Origin: Candidatus Krumholzibacteriia bacterium
GTDB taxonomy: Bacteria > Krumholzibacteriota > Krumholzibacteriia > LZORAL124-64-63
Direction: 5' to 3'
NCBI GenBank assembly: GCA_050174015.1
Contig: JBFXKG010000009.1
Location: 1 to 64,000, forward strand
DNA length: 64,000 nt
Each line of letters starts with the position of its first letter. The first letter of the stretch is position 1. This document shows, piece by piece, positions 11,200 through 22,200 of this stretch. Below the pieces are notes generated by a model. The model did not search any database and was not told where the DNA came from. It worked only from the letters and a program-made list of their open reading frames with translations. The position numbers were made by a program, and so were the translations under genes.

Positions 11200-11228
11200 T
11201 TTCCATTCAATAATTTTGGTGTTACTAT
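11200..11228 (+). promoter_or_regulatory. candidate sigma70 promoter for the wzc-like gene
   Basis: TTTCCA-17 nt-TACTAT with extended TG, in an AT-rich patch. Confidence 0.4.
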
Positions 11229-11347
11229 GCCCGCCGGTTCATCTAGACTGCTGGGACTCCTTTTTCAATGATGCATTATCAAATCGGTTCGTCAGGCGGA
11301 GTCCCTGACCACTCGAACGGGAAGTTCTTCCACCAGAAGGAACGACT

Positions 11348-13141
11348 TTGATCATCAAGCATTACCTCCAGTTGCTGGTCCACCACCGGAAACTCGCCAT
11401 CAGGATCGTCCTGACCACCACCCTGGCGACCTTGGCGCTGAGCCTGCTGCTGCTGTTCATCATGCCCAAGTACACCAGCACCGCCAGCGTGGCCATGCTC
11501 CCCACCGACCCCGAGCTGGCCTTCACCAGCAGCTGGATGGGAGCGAGCCAGTACAACCCCACCGCCTTCATGGCCCAGACCCAGGTGGAATACCTGATCA
11601 GCAAGCCGGTCGCGGAGATGACGCTCCAGAAGCTCGCCGCGGAGATGGAGGCCATGCCCAAGCCCACCGGCCTGAGGGCTGCGGTCATCAACGGGATCAA
11701 GAGCCTCAAGCTGGCCTATTACTGGACCTTCAACACCTTGAATTCGGGCAAGTTCGTGCCCCTGACCACCTACGAGGCCAACCTGGTCCTGCTTCGCAAG
11801 GGCGTCGAGATCGAGATGATCGAGGGTTCGTTCGTCATGCAGATCTCGGTGACCCTGCCCGACGCCAAGCTGGCCGCCAAGGCGGCGACCTATCTCGCCG
11901 AATCCTATCAGGATCGGATCAGCGAGCAGTTCTCGGTGGCCGGCGCCCAGCTCCAGGGCTTCTTCGATCAGGAGATCCTCAGGAAGCAGGAGGAGCTGGA
12001 CGACCTGATCGCCCAGGAGATCGCCCTCAGCAAGGAACTGGGATTGCTCTCCATCCAGGAGCAGCGGGAGTTCATCCAGACCTCCCTGGACGCCGAACAG
12101 GCGGCGCTTTCCGCCGCCGCGGTGAATCTTGCCGTCCTCGATGCCAAGCTCGACGCCTACGAGGGGCAGGCCGGAACCGTCAAGCTGCAGCAGGTTCTCA
12201 ACCAGATGGATCAGGACCTCGCCCTCGAATCGGTGCAGCGCGAGGTCCTGGAGACCAGCATCGCCGCCTACCGCGCCAACATCGAGGGGTTGACCGGCGA
12301 ACTGGAGAGCCTGGCCGAGAAGGAGGAACCCCTGCTGCGCCTGACCAAGCAGCGGGAGAATGCCGAGGCAGCCCTGCGGGATCTCCACCTGAAGCAGATG
12401 CAGGTCTACCTGGCGACCTATTCGTCGCTGTCGCAGGTCAGGGAGATCAGCCCGGCCGAGGTGCCGCTGTATCCCAGTTCGCCCGAGATCCTGGTCTACA
12501 CCGTGCTGGCCTTCATCGGGGGCATCTTCATCGCGGTCTTCTGGCTGGTGGCCATCGACACCACCACGGACAAGGTCCAGACCTTCTCGGATCTGCACAC
12601 CATCGCCGGACGCAAGGCCCTGGGCTTCCTGGGTCCCCACGCCGTCATGCAGGCGAAGGGGAAACCCTGGCGGTTCTTCAAGAAGAAGGACTTCCTGGAA
12701 GGCTGCATCCCCGACCTGATGCACCGGCTGGGAAGGCAGGGGACCTCGCCCGCCGCACCGGTGGACGTGGTCGCCTTCGGCGCCGAGGGGACCGGTGCGG
12801 ACTGCGCGGTGACCATGGCTTCGGCCTTCGGCAAGGAGGGGCGGCAGGTGGTCTGCATCCTGCCCGCGGGGCAACCGCTGCCCCGGCCCTGTTGCGGACT
12901 CGAGGGGCGGGTCACCTTCGCCAATGCGGGGGCGGTCCCGGACAGGCCGGGGGCCGTCTACCTGGCCGTGAGGGATGACCTGACGCCCTGGGACCGCCTG
13001 CAGGCCGGATCGGGGGCCGACGACGTCTTCGTGTGCGCCGTCGCCGCCGGAGCCCTGACCCACAGCAGGCTCGAGGGATTCCTGGAATCTGCCGCACAAT
13101 CGCCGGCAGGCAGGGTCGAGTTCGTGCTCGTGTCCGCCTAG
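11348..13141 (+). CDS. polysaccharide co-polymerase / chain-length determinant (Wzc/GumC-like) with degenerate kinase-like tail
   Basis: N-terminal TM + PKYTSTA, long coiled coil, EISPAEVPLYPSSP before second TM, DTTTDKV..SDL; TTG start. Confidence 0.85.
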   Translation: MIIKHYLQLLVHHRKLAIRIVLTTTLATLALSLLLLFIMPKYTSTASVAMLPTDPELAFTSSWMGASQYNPTAFMAQTQVEYLISKPVAEMTLQKLAAEMEAMPKPTGLRAAVINGIKSLKLAYYWTFNTLNSGKFVPLTTYEANLVLLRKGVEIEMIEGSFVMQISVTLPDAKLAAKAATYLAESYQDRISEQFSVAGAQLQGFFDQEILRKQEELDDLIAQEIALSKELGLLSIQEQREFIQTSLDAEQAALSAAAVNLAVLDAKLDAYEGQAGTVKLQQVLNQMDQDLALESVQREVLETSIAAYRANIEGLTGELESLAEKEEPLLRLTKQRENAEAALRDLHLKQMQVYLATYSSLSQVREISPAEVPLYPSSPEILVYTVLAFIGGIFIAVFWLVAIDTTTDKVQTFSDLHTIAGRKALGFLGPHAVMQAKGKPWRFFKKKDFLEGCIPDLMHRLGRQGTSPAAPVDVVAFGAEGTGADCAVTMASAFGKEGRQVVCILPAGQPLPRPCCGLEGRVTFANAGAVPDRPGAVYLAVRDDLTPWDRLQAGSGADDVFVCAVAAGALTHSRLEGFLESAAQSPAGRVEFVLVSA

Positions 13142-13151
13142 GGGGAGAACC

Positions 13152-13196
13152 ACCGGGAAGCGGCAGGTTCGGCCTGGCGTTTCCCGGTTTTTTTTT
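13152..13196 (+). terminator. intrinsic terminator between the wzc-like gene and the PKS
   Basis: accgggaagcg-gcagg/cctg-gcgtttcccggt hairpin followed by a long T run. Confidence 0.8.
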
Positions 13197-13256
13197 GGAA
13201 GGGGTCGGAAGGGATCCACAAATCGGATCCTGTGACCAAGGGGAGTTGCATCCGTC

Positions 13257-16200
13257 ATGAGCCATGGACTGAACGGACCCAGGCCCGGCCTGGAGGATTT
13301 CCGGGATTACCCGCAACGCTGGTCGAACCTGATCGAAGCCCTGCGGTACCGCATGGAGACCCAGGGGGACCGGGTCTGCCACCTCTACCTTGCCGACGGC
13401 AAGGACGAGGCGGACTCCTTGACCTTCGCCTCCCTGTACGAGAACGCGCGCACCATCGGGGCCTGGATCCAGCAGAATGGTCTGGCGGGCAAGCCGATCC
13501 TCCTCATGTACCCGCCGGGACTCGACTTCATCCGGGCCTTCTACGGGTGCCAGTTCGGCGGGGCCATCGCCGTGCCGGCCTATCCTCCCCGGTCCAAGCG
13601 GGCCGACACCCGCATCGACGCCATCGTCCAGGACGCCATGGCGGCGGCCGTGTTCACCAACGCCGCGGCGCAGGAGGCCACCCAGGCTCAGATGGAAGCC
13701 AGCGGTCTGGCCGTCACCGTGACCGACACCCTGGAGAGCGACACGGGCGCCTGGCGTGATCCCGGGCTCGACCACGACAGCGTCGCCCTGCTCCAGTACA
13801 CATCCGGTTCGACCAAGGCGCCCAAGGGCGTCATGGTCACCCACGGCAACCTGCTGCACAACGTCCAGTCCATCGCCTTCCACGGCGACATGTCCATCCG
13901 CACCACCATGGGCGTGTGGATCCCCTTCTTCCACGACATGGGACTGGTGTCGGGGGTCGCCATTCCCATCATCACCGGCGGCGATTGCATCGTCATGGCC
14001 CCTGCGGCCTTCCTGCAGAAGCCTGTGCGCTGGCTCCAGGCCATCGGCAAGTACGGGGTGGAGTCCTCGCCCGCGCCCAACTTCGCCTTCGACCTCTGCG
14101 TGGAGATGGTCACCCCCGAGGAGTGCGCAGAACTGGATCTGAGCAACTGGAGGGTGGCCTGGAACGGGGCCGAGCCCATCCGGGCCGCCACCCTCTACGA
14201 GTTCGTGGAGAAGTTCAGGAGCAGCGGCCTGCAGCCGGGCACCCTGTCCCCCTGTTACGGCATGGCCGAGACCACCCTGTGCGTGTCATCCTCGGGCTTC
14301 CTGAAGCCGTTCCGCACGGTGTTCGCCAGCAGGAAGGACCTCGAGCAGAACCGGCTGGTGCTGACCGCCGATCTGGGGGAGGCGTCCGTGGAGCTGGCGA
14401 GTTCCGGATTCATCAGCCGGGACCAGGAGGTCCGGATCGTGGATCCGGCCACCCTGGAGGCCTGCCCTCCCGAGGTCATCGGCGAGGTCTGGGTCAAGGG
14501 CCCCAGCGTGGCCCGGGGCTACTGGAAGCGCCCCGAGGAGACCGAGGAGACCTTCGGCGCCCGGATCGCAGGCACCGGCGAGGGACCGTTCCTGCGCACG
14601 GGCGACCTGGGCTTCCTGCACAAGGACGAGATCTACGTCACCGGCCGGTTGAAGGACCTGATCATCATCAGCGGGCGGAACGTCTATCCCCAGGACGTGG
14701 AGTACGTCACGACCCAGAGCCATCCGGCCCTGCAGCCCAACAGCTGCGCCGCCCTGGCCCTGGAAATCGACGGTCACGAGACCCTGGCGGTCATGGCCGA
14801 GATCAACCGCATGCATCGGAAGGACCTGGACCAGGACGAGGTCTTCCAGGCCATCCGGTCGGCCATCTCCGAGGAATTCGACGTGGCGGTGCAGACCATC
14901 GGCCTGGTCAGTCCCTACCAGGTCCCCAAGACCTCCAGCGGCAAGATCGCCCGCCAGATCTGCAAGCGCATGTACCTGGCCGGCGAACTGGGCCTGATGG
15001 GCGAGTGGAAGGCGGAGACGCACCTCGTCGAGGACGGACCGGCGGCCGGCGGCCTGCAGTCCAGGCTGAGCGAGGGCTCGGCCCGGGAACGCAAGCGGTT
15101 CCTGGTCAAGTTCCTCCAGGAGACCGTCGCGAAGATCCTGGGTCTGCCCGAGAAGCCCGCCCCGAGCCTGGGCTTCGCCTCCATGGGCGTGGATTCCATG
15201 ATGGCCGTGCGCCTGGCCAAGCGGCTGCAGGCCGAGCTGGGCCCGGACGTGAACCTGCCGGCCACCCTCCTGTTCGACCGGCCCAACATCGCCGAGCTGG
15301 CGGACTTCCTCGAGGGATTCGTGTACCGGGAGGCTGCGTCCGCCGCGACGGCGGGTCCCGCCGGCGTGGAGTCGGTGCGGTCCCCCATCGCCGTGGTGGG
15401 ATTGAGCTGCCGCTTCCCCGGGGCCCGGGACGCCGGGGAGTTCTGGAACCTGCTGGACCAGGGCAAGGACGCCATCGGCCAGGTGCCGCCCGACCGCTGG
15501 GACATCGACGACTACTACGATCCCGACCCCGACTCCCCCGGCAGGATGTCCTCCCGGTTCGGCGGCTTCATCGAGGACATCGACCGCTTCGACGCGGGTT
15601 TCTTCGGGATCAGTCCGCGGGAGGCCGCCAGCCTCGATCCCCAGCAGCGCCTGCTGCTGGAGCAGACCTGGCAGGCCCTCGAGGACGCGGGCCTGGCCGC
15701 CGACAGCCTGCGCGGCAGCCGCACGGGAGTCTTCGTGGGGTTGAGCACCCACGACTACTTCGAGATGGTCCGCTGGATGGGCGAGTCCAAGATCGACGCC
15801 TACCAGGCCACCGGTTCGGCCGGCAGCGCGGCCGCCGGACGCCTGTCCTTCTTCTTCGGATTCAAGGGCCCGGCCCTGGCCATCGACACGGCCTGCAGCT
15901 CCTCGCTGGTGGCCCTGCACGAGGCCTGCGAGAGCCTCAAGCGGGGCGAGAGCGACCTGGCGGTTGCCGGCGGGGTCAACGCCATCCTGACCCCGGGCCT
16001 GCACATCAGCTTCTCGAAGGCCCGCATGCTCTCGCCCGACGGCCGCTGCAAGACCTTCGACGACGCGGCCGACGGCTACGTGCGCGGCGAGGGTTGCGGC
16101 ATGGTCGTCCTCAAGCGTCTGAACGACGCCCTGCGGGACCGCGACCGCATCCACGGCATCATCCGCGGCAGCGCGGTCAACCAGGACGGCGACAGCTCGG

Positions 16201-19200
16201 GACTGACGGTCCCCAACGGACCCAGACAGCAGGAGGTCATCGCCTCGGCCCTGAAGGACGCCGGTGTCGCTCCCGAGGCCGTCGGCTATCTCGAGGCCCA
16301 CGGGACGGGCACCACCCTGGGCGATCCCATCGAGATCCAGGCGGCCGCGGCCGCCCTGGCGTCCGGACGCAAGCCCGGCGCGCCCCTGTGGATCGGCTCG
16401 GTCAAGACCAACATCGGGCACCTGGAAGCCGCCGCCGGCGTGGCCGGTCTGATCAAGGCCCTGCTCTCGGTCAAGCATGGGCGCATCCCGCGCACCCTGC
16501 ACTTCCGGACCCCGAACCGTTACGTCCCCTGGTCGGACCTGGCGGTCAAGGTGGCCGCCGAGCCGGTGGAATGGGACGCCGGAGAGGGCTCCCGCCTGGC
16601 GGGGGTCAGCTCCTTCGGCTTCAGCGGCACCAACGCCCACGTCGTGGTGGAGCAACCCCCGGTGGCCCACGGCAACGGGGACGCCGCGGGAGCCGCCGGA
16701 TCGGCGGGCCTGCTCACCTTCGGGGCCCGGACCGGCGAGGACCTGCCCCGGGTGGCCTCAGCCTACAGGGACACGATCGCCGGCCTGGATCCGGCCCGGC
16801 TGCGCGACCTCGTCCACACCGCCAACACCGGGGGCAACCGGTTCGATCACCGGGCGGCGGTGGCTTTCGGCTCGACGGAGGAGCTGCTCGACGGTCTGCA
16901 GGCCCTGACCGAAGGCAAGAACCATCCCCGGGTGGTCACCGGATCGCCCGTGTCCCCGGACCTGCAGCCCGAGGTCGCCTTCGTCTTCACCGGCCAGGGA
17001 TCCCAGTACCTGGGCATGGGCAAGGCCCTGTACGACGCCCACGAGGCCTTCCGCCTGACCCTCGACCGCGTCGCCAAGGTCTTCGACGGACTGCGGGGCG
17101 AGACCAGGCCCCGACCCTTGCTCGCGGTGATGTTCGGGGATGATCCCGAACTGCTCAAGCAGACCGGTTACACCCAGCCCGCCCTGTACGCCCTGGAGGT
17201 GGCCCTGGCCGCCCTGTGGGAAAGCTGGGGGATCAAGCCCGACGTGGTGCTGGGCCACAGCGTGGGAGAGGTGTCGGCCGCCTGCGTGGCCGGGGCCTTC
17301 ACCCCCGAGGAGGGAATGCGCCTGATCGCCGAACGGGCCCGCCTGATGGGCGGCCTGCCTGCCGGGGGCGCCATGGCCTCGATCCAGGGGACTCCCGAGG
17401 AGGTCGCAAACGCCGTCGCCGGGTTCGACGGCCTGGACGTCGCCGCCTTCAACGGCCCCGAAACGGTGGCCAGCGGTCCGGCGCCCCTGGTGGACGCCCT
17501 CTGCGAGAAGCTGCGGGCCGGAGGCGTCCGCTGCACCGTCCTGAAGACCTCGCACGCCTTCCACAGCCGCCTGATGGATCCCATCCTCGAGCCGTTCGCG
17601 GGATTCGCCGCCACCGTGGCGACCTCGCCCCTTCTGATCCCCCTGGTCAGCAACCTCACCGGGGAGATCGTGGAGAAGGGGGGAACCATCGCACCGGGTT
17701 ACTGGGCCGATCACATCCGCCACCCCGTCCAGTTCACCCGCAGCATCGCGGCCCTGGCCGAGCGCGGGGTCGGGGCGGTCCTCGAGGTGGGTCCCCACCC
17801 GGTCCTGGTGACCATGGGCCAGCAGGGCTGGCCGCCGCGGAAGCAGGACGGATCGGCGACCGAGTCCCCGGTCTGGGTGGCCTCGCTGCGCCGGGACCAG
17901 CCCGCAGACCGGCAGGTCCTCAAGGCCGCCGGGCACCTTTTCACCGGCGGGGTCCATCCCGATTTCTTCCGGATGGAGGGCGAAGCCCTGCATCACCGCC
18001 GCCGCACGGCTCTGCCGCCCTACCCCTTCAACCGCAAGCGCCACTGGGTGGAGATCCCCGAGGACCGGCGCGGCAGCCGGGACCGGCTGGGCGGGGCCCT
18101 GTACCGGACGGTCTGGCGACCGGTTGACCCTGCGGCGGCTGCGGCCGTCCCGCGGCGCTGCCTGGTGCTGGGCGGAGAGGGTGCTCTCCAGGACGGTGTC
18201 CTGGAGGCCCTGAGGGCAGCCGGGTGCGCCGGCGAGGCGGCAGCCTACCCCCTGGGGATGCCGGATCACCCGGAGCGCGACGGGGCCCTGGCCGCGATCA
18301 AGGCCTGGCTCGCCGCTGCGCCCGCCGATTCACCGGGCCTGATCCTCCACCTGGGCGGAGTCGACCTTCCCGGCGCCGAATCCTTCGAGGGGCTGCAGGA
18401 CGCCGGGCGCGCCGGCGTGGAATCGGCCCTGGCGGTCGTCCAGGCCATGATGGGCGCCGGATCGCCGGCCCGGCTCTGGATCGTCACCCGGGGCACGCAG
18501 ACCGTCGCCCAGGGGGACCGCATCCTGCCGGCCCAGGCTCCCCTCTGGGGACTGGGCAAGGTCGTCGGATCCGAACACCCCGAACTGTGGGGCGGACTGA
18601 TCGACCTGGATCCCGCCGGCGAGGCGGGGGCCGACGCCCGCCGGATCCTCGCCGCGGTGGCCGCGGGCGACCATGAGGACCTGATCGCCTATCGCGGGGA
18701 CGTGCGCCACGTCGCCAGGCTCGAGTCCCTGGAACCGCCGGCGTCCGCCGGCGCCTTCGCCGTCGACCCGGCCGGGACCTATCTCATCACCGGCGGCCTC
18801 GGGGCTCTCGGCCTGCAGACCGCCCGCCGCCTGACCGAACGCGGCGCCAGGCACCTGGTCCTGACAGGTCGCAGCGGACCCGGGGAAGCCGCGGCGGCAG
18901 CCGTGGCGAAGCTCGAGGAATCCGGCTGCTCGGTGCGGATCATCCGGGCGGACGTGGGCACCGAGGACGGCGTGTCCGGCTTGCTGGACGCCGTCGCGGC
19001 CGACGGGGCGCCGCCCCTGGTGGGGGTCGTCCACGCGGCCGGGGTGTCCGACGTCCGGCCCCTGGGCGACATCGACGGATCCGCCCTGCGCTCGGTCCTG
19101 GCAGCCAAGGTCCACGGGGCCTGGTTGCTGGACCACCTGACCCGCAGTCGGGGGATCGAGCTGTCCCTGTTCGTCTGCACCTCGTCCATCGCGGCGGTCT

Positions 19201-22200
19201 GGGGGGGGCACGGCCAGGGCCACTACGCCGCGGCCAATGCCTTCCTCGATTCCCTGGTCGCCCGGCGGCGCGCCGACGGGCTGGCCGCCACCGCCATCGA
19301 CTTCGGCCCGGTGGCCGGCGAGGGCATGGCCGCATCCGCCGAGGCCGGGGCCTGGCTGGAGAGCCGCGGCCTGCGTCTGGTGTCGCCCAGGCTGGGCCTG
19401 GACGCCCTGGAGATCCTGGCGGCCGCCGGCGAGTCGGCGGTCGTGGCCCGGGTGAACTGGCCGGTCTTCCGCGCCCTGGCCGAGAGCCGGCGACCCCAGC
19501 CCCTGCTGTCTCTGATGCCGCTGGATGGCCCGGGCGAGGCCGGAGGTCCCGCCACGCCGGATGCGGCGGATGCCTCGGCTCTGGCCAAGCGCCTGGCTGC
19601 GGCCGCGGCCCAGGACCGGGAAGAGATCCTGATCGAGGCCATCACCGCCATCGCGGCGGAGGTGCTGCACCAGTCCGCGGGGGACATCGGCCCCGAGACC
19701 GGATTCTTCGACCTGGGCATGGATTCGCTCATGGCGGTGGAGTTCCGCAACCGCCTGGAGAAGGCTCTCGGCTGCAGGCTCCCGGCCACCCTGGTCATGG
19801 ACCGGCCCCACATCGCGGCGGTGGGCGCCCACATCCTCGGGGAAGTCCTGAAGCTCGAGGAAGCCCCCGTCGCCGCCGGATCCGCCCCGGCCACGCTGAC
19901 GGACGACGAGCCGGTCGCGGTCATCGGTTTGAGCTGCCGGTTCCCCGGCGCGCCCGACGCCCGGGCCTTCTGGAAGCTGCTCGACGAAGGCGTCGACGCC
20001 ATCGCCGAGATCCCCGCCGACCGCTGGGACGTCGACGAGTACTACGACCCCGATCCGGACGCTCCCGGGTCCATGTACACCCGCTGGGGCGGGTTCATCG
20101 AGGACATCGACCAGTTCGACGCCCGTTTCTTCGGCATCTCGCCCCGCGAGGCGGCGTCCATGGATCCTCAGCACCGCCTGCTCGCGGAGCAGACCTGGAT
20201 CGCCCTGGAGGACGCGGGAATCGTGCCCCAGAGCCTGGCCGGTTCGCGGACGGGCGTCTTCGTGGGGATCACCTCGCCCGACTACGCCTCCCTGATCAAG
20301 GCCGGGCCGGAGGGGCCCGATTCCTACTTCGTCACCGGCAACGCTCCCAACGCCGCGGCCGGCCGCATCAGCTACCTGCTGGGGCTCGAGGGTCCGGCCA
20401 TGGCCCTGGACACCGCGTGCAGTTCGTCCCTGGTGGCCGTGCACCAGGCCATCGGCAGCCTGCAGCGCGGGGAAGCCGAGCTGGCCCTGGCCGGCGGCGT
20501 CAACCTGATCATCGATCCGGCCGGGATGGTCGCCACCAGCCGGGCGCGGATGCTCGCCCCGGACGGCCGCTGCAAGACCTTCGACGCCCGGGCCGACGGT
20601 TACGCCCGCGGCGAGGGCTGCGGCATGGTGGTCCTCAAGCGCCTCGCCGATGCCCGCCGCGACGGCGACCGCGTGCTGGCGGTCATCCGGGGGGCGGCCG
20701 TCAACCAGGACGGGCGCAGCAGCGGCTTGACCGTTCCCAACGGCCCGGCCCAGGAGCGGGTCATCCGCGCAGCCCTGGACCGCGCCCGCATCGCCCCGGC
20801 CGAGGTGGATTACCTCGAGGCCCACGGCACGGGCACGAGCCTGGGCGATCCCATCGAGGTCCAGGCGGCCGCCGCGGCCCTGGGCGCCGGGCGCCCGGCC
20901 GATCACCCGCTGCTGCTGGGTTCGGTCAAGACCAACATCGGCCACCTCGAGTCGGCCTCCGGCATCGCCTCCCTCATCAAGGTCGTGCTGGCCCTGCATC
21001 ACCAGACCCTGCCCCGGCACTTGCACGTCCTGAATCCGAACCCCCACGTCCGGTGGAACGAACTGCCGGTGCAGATCCTGACCGAGGAGCGGCCCTGGCT
21101 CCGCGGGGAGCGTCCGCGCATCGCCGGCATCAGTTCCTTCGGCGTCAGCGGCACCAACGCCCACCTGGTGGTGGCCGAGGCGCCCCCCGCCGAATCCCCG
21201 GCCGCAGCCTTGCCGGGGGCGACCCCGTCTCCCGGCCTGCTGCCCCTGTCGGCCCGCACCGAAGCCGCCCTTGCGGCCCAGGCTGCGGCCTACCGCGACC
21301 TCCTCGATGGCGAGACGGCCCTCGATCCCGCCGATCTCGGCTTCGCGGCGGCCACCCGGCGCTCGCACTTCGAACACCGGGCCGGCCTGGTCTGGGCCGA
21401 CCGTGATGACCTCGCCGGCCAGCTTTCGGCCCTGGCGGCCGGTGAACCGGCGGACGGTCTGGTCACCGGGAAGTCCCTCCTCATGGGTCGCAGGCCCCGC
21501 ATCGCCTTCCTCTTCACGGGCCAGGGGTCCCAGTACCCGGGCATGGGCCGGGATCTCTACGAGCAGGAACCGGTCTTCCGGGAGACCCTGGACCGCTGCG
21601 CCGCCGTGTTCGACCGCATCCGCGATCCGGGGCTTGCTCTGGGGCTTCTGGAGGTCATGTTCGGCGACGATCCCGAGATCCTCCGGCAGACCGGCTACAC
21701 CCAGCCCGCCCTGTTCGCCCTCGAGGTGTCCCTGGCGGCCCTGTGGCGCAGCTGGGGCGTGGAGCCCGCCGTGGTCATGGGCCACAGCGTGGGCGAATTC
21801 AGCGCCGCCTGCACGGCCGGGGCGTTCGGTCTCGAGGACGGCATGGCCCTGATCGCCGAACGCAGCCGCCTCATGCAGGCCCTGCCCTCCGGCGGGCAGA
21901 TGGCCTCGATCCTGGCCGACCGCGAACGGGTGGAGCGGGAAACCGCCGCCGATTCCGAGCTGTTCGTCGCCGCCTACAACGGACTGGAAACGGTCCTGAG
22001 TGGACCCGAGGACGCGGTCCAGGCCGCCGTCGCCAGGCTGTCGGCCGAAGGCTTCCGCTGCACCGTCCTGAAGACTTCCCACGCCTTCCACAGCGATCTG
22101 ATGGAGCCGGCGCTCGAACCGTTCCGCGCCTTCGCCGGCGCCATCTCCTACCGGCCCCTCGGGCTCAGGCTGATCAGCAACGTCGGCGGGGCCGTCCTGG

